Positions 41,232 to 52,104 of a DNA stretch of 64,000 nucleotides are shown here, in pieces. Location of the stretch: the NCBI GenBank assembly GCA_047601445.1, contig JASGJH010000001.1, positions 6,112,001-6,176,000 on the forward strand, given 5' to 3'. Made by a program: the position numbers and the translations under genes. Positions within the stretch are counted from its first letter, which is position 1. Each line of letters begins with the position of its first letter. Under the pieces are notes generated by a model. The model saw nothing but the letters and a program-made list of their open reading frames with translations. It did no database searches and was not told where the DNA came from. Source of the DNA: Myxococcales bacterium. GTDB taxonomy: Bacteria > Myxococcota_A > Polyangia > Polyangiales > DASUME01.

Positions 41232-43037
41232 ATGGGCGCAGAACAGCCTGTGTTGCACAAGAACGCCGCCGCTTTGAGTGACCCTCCCACCACGCTTCGC
41301 GCCGGCAACCTGCCGACCATCCGCCCCGTCACGGGCAAGTTCGGTCCCTACGATTTGGTGTGCCAGCTGGCGTCCGGCGGCATGGGCACCGTCTACGTAG
41401 CCAGCCGCACTCACGAAGAGGGCGTGCGGCGCACCGTGGCGCTCAAGACGATCCATCCGCACCTCGCGGTGGACCGCCGCTTCGTGCGCATGTTCCTGGC
41501 CGAGGCGCGCATCGTTTCGCGCATCAGCCATCCCTACGTGTGCAGGCTCAGCGACATGGGGCGCGAGAGCATGTCGCCCACCGCGGGCGCCGACACGCAG
41601 CCCGTGCCGTACGTGGCGATGGAGTACCTGGTGGGCGAGCCGCTCTCGCGCATGCTGCCGCTGTTGTCCTCCAATCGCTCGGAGTTCTCCACGGCCTGCA
41701 TCGTGAAGATGGTGGCGCAGCTGTGTGAGGGCCTGCACGCAGCGCACGAGGTGGCCGACGAAGAAGGTCGCTCGCTCCACGTGGTGCACCGCGACATCTC
41801 ACCCGACAACCTGTTCCTGCTCTACGACGGCACCGTGCGTGTGGTGGACTTCGGCATCGCGCGCGCCGACGACAACGTACGCACCACGGTAGCGGGCGGA
41901 CCGAAGGGCAAGTTCGCGTACATGTCTCCGGAGCAGCTGCAGTGCGAGAAGATCGACCGGCGCTCGGACATCTGGTCCATGGGCGTGGTGTTGTGGGAGC
42001 TGCTCACCGCGGTGCCGCTCATTCCGCGCGGCTCGGACATGCACGCCTCCAACGCGATCCTCACGATGCCCATCGTGCCGCCCTCCACGCGCAATCCGCA
42101 CGTGCCACACGTGCTCGACCAGATCACGCTCAAGGCGCTCAAGCGCAATCCCGACGAGCGCTTCGATACGGCCATCGACTTCGCGCACGAGCTCGATCAG
42201 TTCCTGGCGCGTTACTACGGCCCGATCTCTGCGGCCACCATGGGCAACTGGCTCGAGGCGATGTTTCCGGGCTGCCGTAGCTATCGTCAGCGCATCGTGC
42301 CCAACGCGCGCAAGTTGCTCGAGGAGAGCGGTTCGCTGCAGCTCGGGAGCCCGCTGGCAGGGCTGCGTACCGCGGCCCAAGGGGTCCCCAAGCATAAGAA
42401 AGAACCGCGACACGAGGGGGCCGGAGCGATCTGGCATGCGCTCTCGTCGCGGGCTTCTGCCGTGCCGAAGTGGGCTTACGGTCTGTGTCTGGTGTTGCTC
42501 TTGTTCGCGGTGTGGACGGAATCGAGGGGGTACCTCTCACCTGGCGAGCGCAGCGCCCGCGCGGCCGAAGCGGGCACGAATGGATCAGCGCGCGCGGGGG
42601 AGGCTCCCATCCCGAACCCGCGCGCGCTCGATGCTCCGCCGGTGCCACTTGCGGCCCAACCCGTGGTGACGCCCCTGGTGGAAGAGGTGAAGCCCACGGC
42701 GGCCGAGAGCGAGCTTGCGCCCACCCTGATCAGCGCGCAGCGCGCGGCGGTGGCGCGCACGCGCATCACACGGGCCGTGCCGCGGGACGGTTCGCTCGCA
42801 CCAGGTGAGGACCTGCCGACCGTTGGTGCGACAGGGCAGGTCTACGTGTCCACGCCAGGCGCCAGCGTCCCCATCGAGCTCAACGGCAAGGTGCTCGGCT
42901 CCACTCCGTCGAGGCTCCAGCTGCCCGTGGGTTCCCACGTGCTGCACTTGAAGCGCGCCAACGCTTCGCCGCTGCCGGTCGAAGTGAAGGTCGCAGCGGG
43001 CAAGGTCGTGTTCATCGAGGTCCCGCTCGGGAGCTGA
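41232..43037 (+). CDS. Ser/Thr protein kinase with TM and C-terminal PEGA-like domain
   Basis: HRDISPDN, DFG, YMSPE; TM; NGKVLGSTP...LPVGSHVL. Confidence 0.9.
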   Translation: MGAEQPVLHKNAAALSDPPTTLRAGNLPTIRPVTGKFGPYDLVCQLASGGMGTVYVASRTHEEGVRRTVALKTIHPHLAVDRRFVRMFLAEARIVSRISHPYVCRLSDMGRESMSPTAGADTQPVPYVAMEYLVGEPLSRMLPLLSSNRSEFSTACIVKMVAQLCEGLHAAHEVADEEGRSLHVVHRDISPDNLFLLYDGTVRVVDFGIARADDNVRTTVAGGPKGKFAYMSPEQLQCEKIDRRSDIWSMGVVLWELLTAVPLIPRGSDMHASNAILTMPIVPPSTRNPHVPHVLDQITLKALKRNPDERFDTAIDFAHELDQFLARYYGPISAATMGNWLEAMFPGCRSYRQRIVPNARKLLEESGSLQLGSPLAGLRTAAQGVPKHKKEPRHEGAGAIWHALSSRASAVPKWAYGLCLVLLLFAVWTESRGYLSPGERSARAAEAGTNGSARAGEAPIPNPRALDAPPVPLAAQPVVTPLVEEVKPTAAESELAPTLISAQRAAVARTRITRAVPRDGSLAPGEDLPTVGATGQVYVSTPGASVPIELNGKVLGSTPSRLQLPVGSHVLHLKRANASPLPVEVKVAAGKVVFIEVPLGS

Positions 43038-43180
43038 TCCCAGTCGCCCAGAGCATGAGGACGAGGCGTGACGCTCGCGACCAAGCGAGCGCCAGGCGGC
43101 GGCGCGTCTGCGCCATATCGCGAGCTCACAGCAGCGTGATGTGCGGATCCCTCGCGAGAGGGGTCGAGGGGGTAAAAGAT

Positions 43181-45094
43181 ATGCGGAGGACGTTGTGGTT
43201 AGCAGTCTTGTTGTGGCTTGGAACGTTGGGCACGGCGCAGCAGGCGCGGGCCTACACCGATTGTGGCGCCCAGGTCTGTGGCTCGGCCGGGTCACGCCTG
43301 GTGAGTGTGAGCTCCGAACGCGGTGCATTACTCAACGCCCTGCTCTCGAGCCTCACTGGCGGGTCCATCAAGCTGAGCGTCGCCGACTACAACGCGCTCG
43401 CCAATGCTGACCTCGAACTCGCGCCGTTTCTCGCCACGCTGAAGACCCAGCTCGGCGCGGTCGACTACCAAGACGTGCTGACTGCCAACCTTACCCTGGA
43501 CAGTATTTTCCAGGCCGCCGCCTCGGCGCTCGTGACTCAGGACGCGCAGCTGGCGGCGGACGCTCTAGGCGCGCTCGTCTTGGCCACGCTTCCCGATGAG
43601 ACGATCGCGCTGGGCGACATGCTCTCGCTGGATCTGCGCGGCGCCGCCCTCACCCACGCCAAGATGAACGTGCTCGATCTCGTGATGGGCTCCGCCAGCC
43701 TGTTCAACCACAAGAACGCGCTCACAGTCGAGAACGTCAGCGTCAGCGGCAACCTGCTCGGCCTCGGTGCCCTGGTGAAGGACCTCGACCTCGGTGTCAC
43801 GGTGCCGGTCCCACCGGTGGCCGGCTGCGGCCCGGTGGGACTCTCGTTTCGCTCGGCGAGCATGCGCGTGCGCCTGCGCGTGCGCCTCGTCAGCAACAGC
43901 ACCGCGCTCAACGTGGTCGGACTGAATATCGCGTCCGCTGGCCTCAACATCGGCAACCTGGACTTGCTGGTCGACGTGGCCCCTGGTCAGGGCGTGGTCA
44001 GCGCCATCGACGCGGTCGCGGCGGCGGTCACCGTGCACGCCACGCCGGGAGTGGCGAGCCTCTATCTGGGCACCGTCTCGGATGCGAACCTGCTCGACTA
44101 CACCACGCCGATCGATCCGGCCAGCGAGCTCGACTACGCCAAGATCGCCACCATCAGCGTCACGCTGCTCAACGCGCAGCTTGCCTCAGTGAACGTCAAT
44201 GCGCGCTCCTTCGTGATCGCCGACGATCCGTCGCCCGAGGACCTCGCGTTCACCACGCCGTATCCGAAGAAGCTCACCGCGCAGACCCAGGGCGATTTCA
44301 TCGCAGGTCTGGTGGACGACCTGATCGGGAACCTGCAGCTCACCGTGAGCACGGCATCGAACCTCGGCGACACGCTGCTCAATGGGCTGCTCGGTAAGGT
44401 CACCGATGTGCTCAAGGGGGCGAATAGTCTCCTGCAGGCCCCACTCACCAACCTCACCAACAACCTGGTGAACCCCCTGCTCGGTCTGCTCGGGATCGGC
44501 CTCGGTGAGCTCGACGTCCAGATCTGTTCGGCGCCGATTCCCCCGAACGCGGGCTGTCCCTGTGACGACGGTCTGTACTGCACCGTCGGCGAGACCTGCA
44601 ATGGCGAAGGCAGCTGCACCGGCGGCAACTCGCCCTGTCCCGTGCCCAACGACGAGTGCCAGCAGGCCACATGCTCCGAGGACACCGACGCCTGCGGCGT
44701 GGAACCCGCGGGCTGCATGATCGACGGCTCCTGCTATCCCGCTGGCCGCGGTCCCGGTGAGAACTCGTGCTTCGTATGCGACCCCGACGTGAACCCGTTC
44801 GACTTCGTGGCCGATCCCGACTGCGATCCGACAGCGAACCCCGGCGCGATGTCTGATGGCGGTGCGGGCGGCGCTGGCGGCGGCGGCGACCTCGAGATGT
44901 TCGGCGACGGCGGCACAGTGGATCCGAACCGCGGCGACGCAGGCGTCGACATCAACGGCAACGTCGACCTGGGCCTCGCTGGCGGCGCCCGTTGCGCGCT
45001 CGCACCGGCGGGTGGCCAGCGCGCCGGCGGCAGCTTGCTCCTACTGCTCGTCCTCGGGCTGCTGGTGGAGCGACGCAGGACTCGTAGCTCATGA
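43181..45094 (+). CDS. Cell-surface protein with Leu-rich N-domain, Cys-rich repeats and MYXO-CTERM-like tail
   Basis: Signal peptide; [43 protein letters not shown] + TM + RRR. Confidence 0.7.
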   Translation: MRRTLWLAVLLWLGTLGTAQQARAYTDCGAQVCGSAGSRLVSVSSERGALLNALLSSLTGGSIKLSVADYNALANADLELAPFLATLKTQLGAVDYQDVLTANLTLDSIFQAAASALVTQDAQLAADALGALVLATLPDETIALGDMLSLDLRGAALTHAKMNVLDLVMGSASLFNHKNALTVENVSVSGNLLGLGALVKDLDLGVTVPVPPVAGCGPVGLSFRSASMRVRLRVRLVSNSTALNVVGLNIASAGLNIGNLDLLVDVAPGQGVVSAIDAVAAAVTVHATPGVASLYLGTVSDANLLDYTTPIDPASELDYAKIATISVTLLNAQLASVNVNARSFVIADDPSPEDLAFTTPYPKKLTAQTQGDFIAGLVDDLIGNLQLTVSTASNLGDTLLNGLLGKVTDVLKGANSLLQAPLTNLTNNLVNPLLGLLGIGLGELDVQICSAPIPPNAGCPCDDGLYCTVGETCNGEGSCTGGNSPCPVPNDECQQATCSEDTDACGVEPAGCMIDGSCYPAGRGPGENSCFVCDPDVNPFDFVADPDCDPTANPGAMSDGGAGGAGGGGDLEMFGDGGTVDPNRGDAGVDINGNVDLGLAGGARCALAPAGGQRAGGSLLLLLVLGLLVERRRTRSS

Positions 45095-46860
45095 TGAACC
45101 GGCTCCTGCAGGTCGCCATCGGCATGTGCGTGCTCCTCTGGAGCGCCGCTGCAGGAGCCCAAGTCACGCTCGATCAGTTCAACCCGGCCGCCAGCCTGCG
45201 CGACGGTTTCGCGATCGCGAGGCCCGATCATCCAGGGCACCTGCGGCCCGGGTTTCAGTTCGTGCTCGACTACGCGAAGGACCCCCTGGTCCTCGAGGTG
45301 ACCGTCGACGGGGTCAAGCAGCCCAACACCACGATCGTGAGCGATCAACTGGTGGGCCACGGTCTGCTCTCCCTGGCACTCTGGGATCGCCTGCTCGTGT
45401 TCGCCCACGTGCCGGTGTCCTTCGTGATGAACGGGGAGAGCCTCTCCCGCACGCTGCGTCCGGATGGAGCGGCCATGGGCAACCTGGAGCTGGGCGGCCG
45501 TCTGCGTCTTTGGGGCGACCCCGACGACTGGTTCGCGCTCGGCGCTCAAGTCACGCTGGGCATGCCAAGCGCGCACTGGGCCAACGCGGACAACACCTTT
45601 GCGGGCGAGAAGTCGGCTACCGGACATTTTCAGCTACTGGCTGAAGTGCGGGGCGAGCGCTGGCGCCTCACGTCCAACGTTGGCACGCGCGTGCTCGACA
45701 GCCAGGTGCGCGGCCTGCACGTGGACGACATGCTCACCTTCGGCCTCGGCGCGGCGTGGGGTGTGCTGCGCGAGGGCAACGGGAACCTTGATCTCGACCT
45801 CGTCGGTGAGCTCTTCGGCACGAGCCCTTACAAGCACTTTGGGGATCGCGAGAGCTCGCCACTCGAGTACCTGGTGGGCCCCAAGCTACGGCACGCGAGC
45901 GGCCTCGGAGGTGGCCTCGCCGCTGGTGCGGGCCTCTCTCACGGCTACGGCGCGCCCGCCTATCGGTTGGTGGCGAGCCTCGGCTGGCTGAAGCCGAACG
46001 TCCCCGATCGCGATCACGATCGCGTTCCCGACAGCAAGGACGCCTGCCCCGACGACCGCGAGGATCGCGATGGCTACGAGGACCGCGACGGCTGTCCCGA
46101 TCCCGACAATGACGGCGATCTCGTGCCCGACACGATCGATCGCTGTCCGCTCGAGCCCGAGGACCGTGATGGCTTCCACGATGACGACGGCTGTCCCGAA
46201 GGCGACAACGATCGCGATGGCATCCTGGATCGCGTCGATCGCTGCCCGAACGAGGCTGAAGACCCGGACGATTTCCAGGACGCCGACGGCTGCCCCGACC
46301 CGGACAACGACGGCGACGGCGTGCTCGACGCGAACGACGAGTGTCCCACGGAGCGCGAGGATCTCGACGGTTTCAAGGACACCGACGGCTGCCTCGATCC
46401 CGACAACGATAGCGACGGCCTGCCCGACGCGCTCGATGCGTGTCCGCTGGAAGCCGAGACCGTCAATGGCAACGAAGATCAGGATGGCTGCCCGGACAAG
46501 ATCCGCGTCGATCGCAAGCAGGGCCAAATCTTGATCCTCGAACCGGTGCAGTTCGCCCTCAACAGCGCGCACATCCTGCCGGCCAGCTTCGACATGCTCA
46601 ACGAGATCGCAGCGGTGCTCAAGGCACACCCCGAGATCGAGAAGCTCTCCATCGAGGGCCACACCGACTCCCAGGGCAGCGACCTGCGTAACCAGGTGCT
46701 CTCCGAGGAGCGTGCCCAGAGCGTCCGCGAGTATCTGATCCAGGCGGGTATCCCGCTCGAACGCCTGGACGCTCAAGGATTTGGCGAGTCGCGCCCCGTC
46801 GCGGATAACGCGACGCTCGAGGGCCGCGCCAAGAATCGCCGCGTCGAGTTCCGCATGTAG
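45091..46860 (+). CDS. OmpA-family beta-barrel protein with thrombospondin type-3 repeats (TraB-like)
   Basis: Barrel N-domain; DxDxDG...DxCP repeats; IEGHTD, LSEERA, GFGESRP, NRRVEF. Confidence 0.9.
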   Translation: MMNRLLQVAIGMCVLLWSAAAGAQVTLDQFNPAASLRDGFAIARPDHPGHLRPGFQFVLDYAKDPLVLEVTVDGVKQPNTTIVSDQLVGHGLLSLALWDRLLVFAHVPVSFVMNGESLSRTLRPDGAAMGNLELGGRLRLWGDPDDWFALGAQVTLGMPSAHWANADNTFAGEKSATGHFQLLAEVRGERWRLTSNVGTRVLDSQVRGLHVDDMLTFGLGAAWGVLREGNGNLDLDLVGELFGTSPYKHFGDRESSPLEYLVGPKLRHASGLGGGLAAGAGLSHGYGAPAYRLVASLGWLKPNVPDRDHDRVPDSKDACPDDREDRDGYEDRDGCPDPDNDGDLVPDTIDRCPLEPEDRDGFHDDDGCPEGDNDRDGILDRVDRCPNEAEDPDDFQDADGCPDPDNDGDGVLDANDECPTEREDLDGFKDTDGCLDPDNDSDGLPDALDACPLEAETVNGNEDQDGCPDKIRVDRKQGQILILEPVQFALNSAHILPASFDMLNEIAAVLKAHPEIEKLSIEGHTDSQGSDLRNQVLSEERAQSVREYLIQAGIPLERLDAQGFGESRPVADNATLEGRAKNRRVEFRM

Positions 46861-46997
46861 CCGCGGGGTGATGCGCGGAGCAGACCGCCGCCCACGTCTG
46901 ATCGGCGCTCTAGCCATTGGCCCTCAGGTTGCAGTACGGTGCCTCCGCGCCTCCTTCGAGCGACTTCTGGCTCGAGTTGGCGCGTTTCGAGGTGCTT

Positions 46998-49271
46998 ATG
47001 CTGCTTAGGGAAATCTCCTCATCCACGCGGGGCCGCCTGCTCGCGCTGGCACTCGCGTCGAGCGGCTGCCACAGCGATTCCGCCGGAAGCGTCGTGGATT
47101 CTGGCCTGCCGGACGGGTCGACCCAGCGAGACGGTTCGGACCAGGATCCCGCCGACACACCGACACCCGTCGAAGTAGCGCCCAACGCGAAGGCCAAGGC
47201 TAAGTTCGATGCGCTCGCCGCGCAGCTCGCCGAGGCCGAGAGAATCACGCGCGCCGACTTCGATCAGCGATACCGCGTGGCCGACGAGCCGCTGAGCTTC
47301 GACCCCATGAGCGCGGCCAACCTCGACCAGATCCAGAAGTCGTTCTTCGAGCTCAATGCGCAGGAGCTCTTCGCGCTCGAGAAGTACGGCGTCGTGATCC
47401 AGAAGCGTCACAACTTCCCTCACTTCACAGCCGGCCTCCAGCACATCTACATGGAGGATCTCCCGGTCTACGTGAGCGCAGACTCCATCCTCGACGCACT
47501 CCACATCTCCTACGACGGAATGCTGGAATCCCTCGAGTTGAGCGCCCTGTCTCCCACGCTGTTCAAGCTGCTCTCACGCCTGATCAATCAGCTCGAACAC
47601 AGCTCCAACAACCTCGGCGACTCTCGCGAGGACCTCGACGTTTATCTCGGCGTGGCGCGCGCACTGCTCACCGGCAACCCCTATCCCACACTGGTGGCCG
47701 GCGGTGACGAAGAGCTTGCCGGCGAGCTGGTCCAAGCCGCCATGGACGCCGATGGGATCCAGAACTTCCAGCTATTCGGCGTCAAGCGCAGCGAAGACTT
47801 CTCCCAGTTCAAGCCGCGCGGTCACTACGAAGGCAACCTCGATCTCGAGCGCTATTTCCGGGCCATGGTCTGGCTCGGGCGCATCGACTTCCGCCTGCTC
47901 GAGACCCAATCCGACGGCAGCGTCGTATTCCGCAGGCGTCAGTTCGACGCCACGCTCGCGCTGTACCAACTGTTCGACGCCGGCAGCCTCGCGGCCTTCG
48001 GTGCCATCGACGGAGCGCTCCAGGAGTTCGTCGGTGAGAGCGACTACATGGTGCTCTCGCAGGTGCCAGACCTGCTCGCGGCGCTCAAGGTGCAGAAGCC
48101 CGAAGACACCACAGCCCTAGCCGACGCCGACATCGCCGAGGCCATCGCGCAGAGCGGCTTGGGAGACCAGCGCATCGCCAGTCATTTCATGGTCAGTGAC
48201 GGCACGGTCGGAATGCTTCCGCTCAACCGCAGCTTCGCCTTGCTCGGACAGCGCTACATCGTCGACTCTCACGTGTTCTCCAAGCTCGTCCACGACCGCG
48301 TGCCCGGACGCATGATGCCGAACCCGCTCGACGTGGCGTTCGCCGCCCTCGACAATGATCGCGCGGCCCAGCTCCTCGGATCGGAGCTCGACCAGTACGG
48401 CTACCAAGGCGCGCTGCATGCGACGCGCATCACGGTGGACGCGCTCGAGCCCGATTTCTGGCAGGAAAACCTCTACAACAGCTGGCTCACGGCCCTGCGC
48501 GCCCTGTCCCCGGCCGCGGCCCCCGAGGGCTTGCCCGCGCCGATGAAGAGCGATGGCTGGGGCCGCCGCATGGTCAACAGCCAGCTGGGCTCCTGGGCCG
48601 AACTCAGGCACGACACCGTCCTCTACGCCAAGCAGTCCTACACGCTCGGCGCCGTCTGCGAGTTCCCGGAGGCCTACGTCGACCCATACCCGCAGTTCTT
48701 CGCGGCCATCATCGCCTACTGCGATCGCGCGCTCGATATGACCGACCGCCTCGAGGGCTTCGTCGAGCCGAGCCTCCTCGATTCCATGCGGGACTACTTC
48801 GGCACCATGCGCTCGAGTCTGGTCACGCTCAAGACCATGGCCGAGCAACAGCTCGCTGGCACGCCCTTCACGCTGGAGCAGCTCGCGTTCATCAACGACG
48901 CGGTCCGCATCCAACCGACCGAGCCGCACGGTTGCGGGCCATCGGACCCGGTTTACCTCGGTTGGTACCCCCGCATGCTCTGGAAGACGCCCAAGGACTT
49001 CGACCCCACCATCGCCGACGTGCACACCCAGCCCACCGATCTCGCGGGCAACCTCGTGGGTCGCGTGCTGCACGTGGGCACCGGCGCGCCGCGCTCGATG
49101 GTGGTCACCGTGAACACCTGCCAGGGACCCCGGGCCTACGTGGGCCTGGTGTTCGCCTATCACGAAGTCATCAAGGACGACTTCCAGCGCCTCACCGACG
49201 AGGAATGGTCCGCGAGCTACTTCACCGAAAAGCCCGCGGATGTGCCCTGGATGTCCTTGGTCGTGCCCTGA
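46998..49271 (+). CDS. DUF3160-family lipoprotein
   Basis: DFSQFKPRGHY, YFRAMVWLGR, SWAELRHDTVLYAKQS, IADVHT, RLTDEEW. Confidence 0.82.
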   Translation: MLLREISSSTRGRLLALALASSGCHSDSAGSVVDSGLPDGSTQRDGSDQDPADTPTPVEVAPNAKAKAKFDALAAQLAEAERITRADFDQRYRVADEPLSFDPMSAANLDQIQKSFFELNAQELFALEKYGVVIQKRHNFPHFTAGLQHIYMEDLPVYVSADSILDALHISYDGMLESLELSALSPTLFKLLSRLINQLEHSSNNLGDSREDLDVYLGVARALLTGNPYPTLVAGGDEELAGELVQAAMDADGIQNFQLFGVKRSEDFSQFKPRGHYEGNLDLERYFRAMVWLGRIDFRLLETQSDGSVVFRRRQFDATLALYQLFDAGSLAAFGAIDGALQEFVGESDYMVLSQVPDLLAALKVQKPEDTTALADADIAEAIAQSGLGDQRIASHFMVSDGTVGMLPLNRSFALLGQRYIVDSHVFSKLVHDRVPGRMMPNPLDVAFAALDNDRAAQLLGSELDQYGYQGALHATRITVDALEPDFWQENLYNSWLTALRALSPAAAPEGLPAPMKSDGWGRRMVNSQLGSWAELRHDTVLYAKQSYTLGAVCEFPEAYVDPYPQFFAAIIAYCDRALDMTDRLEGFVEPSLLDSMRDYFGTMRSSLVTLKTMAEQQLAGTPFTLEQLAFINDAVRIQPTEPHGCGPSDPVYLGWYPRMLWKTPKDFDPTIADVHTQPTDLAGNLVGRVLHVGTGAPRSMVVTVNTCQGPRAYVGLVFAYHEVIKDDFQRLTDEEWSASYFTEKPADVPWMSLVVP

Positions 49272-49443
49272 GCGGAGTTGCACGTTTAGAAGTCGCCGTT
49301 GACGTCAAAGTCCACGTTGCCGACCAAGTCGCGGTCAACGGGCAAGGGCACGCTTGTGCGACTTTGACGGCGACGGCCTGCGTGGGCGGCTCCGCTTGAC
49401 GATCAGAGCTCGAAGGCACGTTGATAGCCGACGGCGTCGCTCC

Positions 49444-50085
49444 TCACTCGCTGACGATGCCGCGCTCTTCCAAGAAGGAGAGGAACTCGGTCAGCCGTGC
49501 CAGGCTCGCGATCTCGAGGCCGTCCTCCACGGGCCGCACCAGACCCACGCGGATCAAGCGCCCCACGACTTCGTCGACCTCCGCGCGCTTCACGCCGAGC
49601 TCCTCGGCGAACTCCCCGAGGTCGCGCCCCACGATCACGGCATCCTCCTCGGAGCCAGGAAAGCCGCGCAGCTCGCCCTCGCGGGCCAAGCCCAAGATCA
49701 CCCGCGTCTTGGGGTCGCGCTTGGTGAGGATGGTGATCAGCGCGTCTGCGTTCTCGAGGCGCCGCGCCAGCTTCTGGATGATGCGCACGGCGATCTCGGC
49801 CTGGCTCGTGATCATGCTCTCGAAGCGCGACGCATCGAGCTCCACCAGCGTCACCGGCTCCAGGGCGGTCGCAGTGGCCGAGCGGGGCTTCCCGTTGAGA
49901 ATCGCCATTTCCCCAAAGAACTCGCCGGGGCCGAGCACCGCAAACGTCTTCTCGCCGCCCCGCACCTGCTTGGTGATGCGCACCCGTCCCGCCCGCAGGA
50001 CGAACATGGTGTCGCCCGGCTCGCCCTCGCGAAAAATCACGTCGGAAGCCGCGAAGGACTTGGTGAAGCGCTGAGAATCCGCCAC
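49444..50085 (-). CDS. cNMP-binding Crp/Fnr-family protein
   Basis: IFREGEPGD, FFGEMAIL, PRSATA; C-terminal HTH-like region. Confidence 0.85.
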   Translation of the reverse strand: MADSQRFTKSFAASDVIFREGEPGDTMFVLRAGRVRITKQVRGGEKTFAVLGPGEFFGEMAILNGKPRSATATALEPVTLVELDASRFESMITSQAEIAVRIIQKLARRLENADALITILTKRDPKTRVILGLAREGELRGFPGSEEDAVIVGRDLGEFAEELGVKRAEVDEVVGRLIRVGLVRPVEDGLEIASLARLTEFLSFLEERGIVSE

Positions 50086-50272
50086 TGACTTCGCAGGGTA
50101 TCAAAGCGAAAGCGGTGCAGCCCAGCAAAGTGAACGAGCGAAATCCATCCCTTGCGCCTCCTCACCGATCTGTCCTGGAGGAACACGACACGCAATTGGG
50201 CTGAGTATCACAAAAGATTCGTGCGCGGTGCTTCCTTGACTGCCCAGGGTGGGAGCAACACCTTACGCTGCC

Positions 50273-51696
50273 GTGTCGAAGCCCAAAAAGACGATCCACT
50301 TTGTCTCGCTCGGATGTCCCAAGAACCGAGTCGATACCGAGGTCATGCTCGGCGTGGGTGCGGGTGAGGGCTTCAAGAATCGTGGCGGACCCCAGTCAGG
50401 CCGAAGTGATCGTCGTGAACACCTGCGGGTTCATCGGTCCGGCCAAGGAAGAGTCCATCGATACCATCCTGGAGATGGGCTCCTTCAAGGAGAGCGGCAG
50501 CTGCAAGAAGCTGGTGGTCTCGGGCTGCCTCTCGCAGCGCTATCCGGAAGAGCTCGCCAAGGAGATGCCCGAGGTGGACTACTTCTTGGGCTCGAGCGAC
50601 ATGCTCAAACTCGGCGATGTGCTGCGCGCCAACGAGAAGCACCCCCTGGAGCGCGTGCTGGTGGGCAACCCCGCGGATTACACCTTCCGCGCCACGGACC
50701 CGCGCCTGCCCTCCATGGCCACCCACAGCGCTTACGTGAAGATCGCCGAGGGTTGCTCGCGCAAGTGCAGCTTCTGCATCATCCCGAGTATGCGCGGCAC
50801 CCAGCGCTCGCGTCCGGTCGAGGACATCGTGAGCGAAGTGGAGCAGCTCGTCTCGCGCGGGACCCAGGAAATCAACCTGGTTTCCCAGGACACCATCTCC
50901 TACGGGCGCGACCTCAAGCAAGACGGGCGCAACCTGTCGCATCTGGTGCAGGCCCTGGGCGAGGTGAAGGGCCTCAAGTGGCTGCGCCTGTTCTATCTCT
51001 ATCCCGAGCGTCTCACCGAAGAGATCATCGAGCTGTTGGCGCACCACCCGAAGGTCCTGCCCTACGTGGACATGCCGCTGCAGCACGCCAGCGACCGCAT
51101 GCTCAAGCTCATGCGCCGCGGCCACGGGCCCGACCGCCAGCGCAAGCTGGTGGAGCGCATGCGCACCGAGATCCCGAACCTCACCTTCCGCACCGCTTTC
51201 ATCGTCGGCCATCCTGGGGAGACGGATGCGGACTTCGCGGAGCTGTGCGACTTCGTGAAGTGGGCCGAGTTCGACCGCGTGGGCGTGTTCAAGTACTCCC
51301 ACGAGGAAGGCACGCGCTCGGGGACGCTCGACGAGGAAGTCCCGAGCAAGACCATCGCCGCGCGCCATCGCAAGCTCATGCAGATCCAGCGCCCCATCAG
51401 CCGCAAGAAGATGCGCCGCATGGTGGGCAGCCGAGATCGAGGTCCTGGTGGAGGGCGTGAGCGACGAGAGCGAGTTCTTGCTCGAAGGTCGCCACGCGGG
51501 CCAGGCCCCGGACATCGACGGCAAGGTGTACCTCGCCAACGGGGAGGCCAAGCCCGGTGAGATCCGCAAGGCCATGGTGACCGACGCCGCCGACTACGAT
51601 CTCGTGGCGGACCTGCTGCCCCGCGAGGGGGGCGGACTCGACCGACCGCCGGGCGCCAAGCGGGTGCGCCTGCGCACGCTCAACGGGCAGGTCTGA
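50273..51696 (+). CDS. rimO: Ribosomal protein S12 methylthiotransferase, with two +1 frameshifts (near 50378 and 51432)
   Basis: SLGCPKNRVD, VNTCGFI, EGCSRKCSFC, APDIDG (TRAM domain). Confidence 0.92.
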
Positions 51697-51789
51697 GAGC
51701 GACCTCGTGCGCCCACGCCGGACCGGCCCTGTCCGTGAATGGCGCCAGGGCCATTCTCAACTAAGGTGGCTGCGGGGTACGAAACGACG

Positions 51790-52095
51790 ATGAATCCAGG
51801 CCAGCTCACGCTAGACAGCCGCATCCGGCCCTCCGACAAGACCTTGTTTCGCAACGTGGAAGGGGAGGCCGTGCTCCTCGGATTGAATGCGGGTTCCTAT
51901 TTCGGGCTCGACCCCGTGGGCACCCGCATGTGGGAGCTGATCGCCGAGCGCGGCCTCTTGCGGGACGTGGTGAGCGGCATCGTGGCCGAGTTCGAGGTCG
52001 ACGCGGCGCGCGTCGAAACCGACCTCCTTAAGCTGGTTTCCGCATTGCTGGAGAAGCAGCTGGTGGAGCTCGCTGGGTCCGGCCCGCATCCCTGA
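51790..52095 (+). CDS. PqqD-family RiPP recognition element (lasso B1-like)
   Basis: EGEAVLL...YFGLDPVGTRMWELI...EFEVD...DL pattern; about 101 aa. Confidence 0.9.
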   Translation: MNPGQLTLDSRIRPSDKTLFRNVEGEAVLLGLNAGSYFGLDPVGTRMWELIAERGLLRDVVSGIVAEFEVDAARVETDLLKLVSALLEKQLVELAGSGPHP

Positions 52096-52104
52096 GCTGG
52101 CCCC

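Noticed and set aside
50273..51696. rimO as a radical-SAM tailoring enzyme of the RiPP cluster
   Set aside because: It has the full housekeeping RimO architecture; adjacency is probably incidental.
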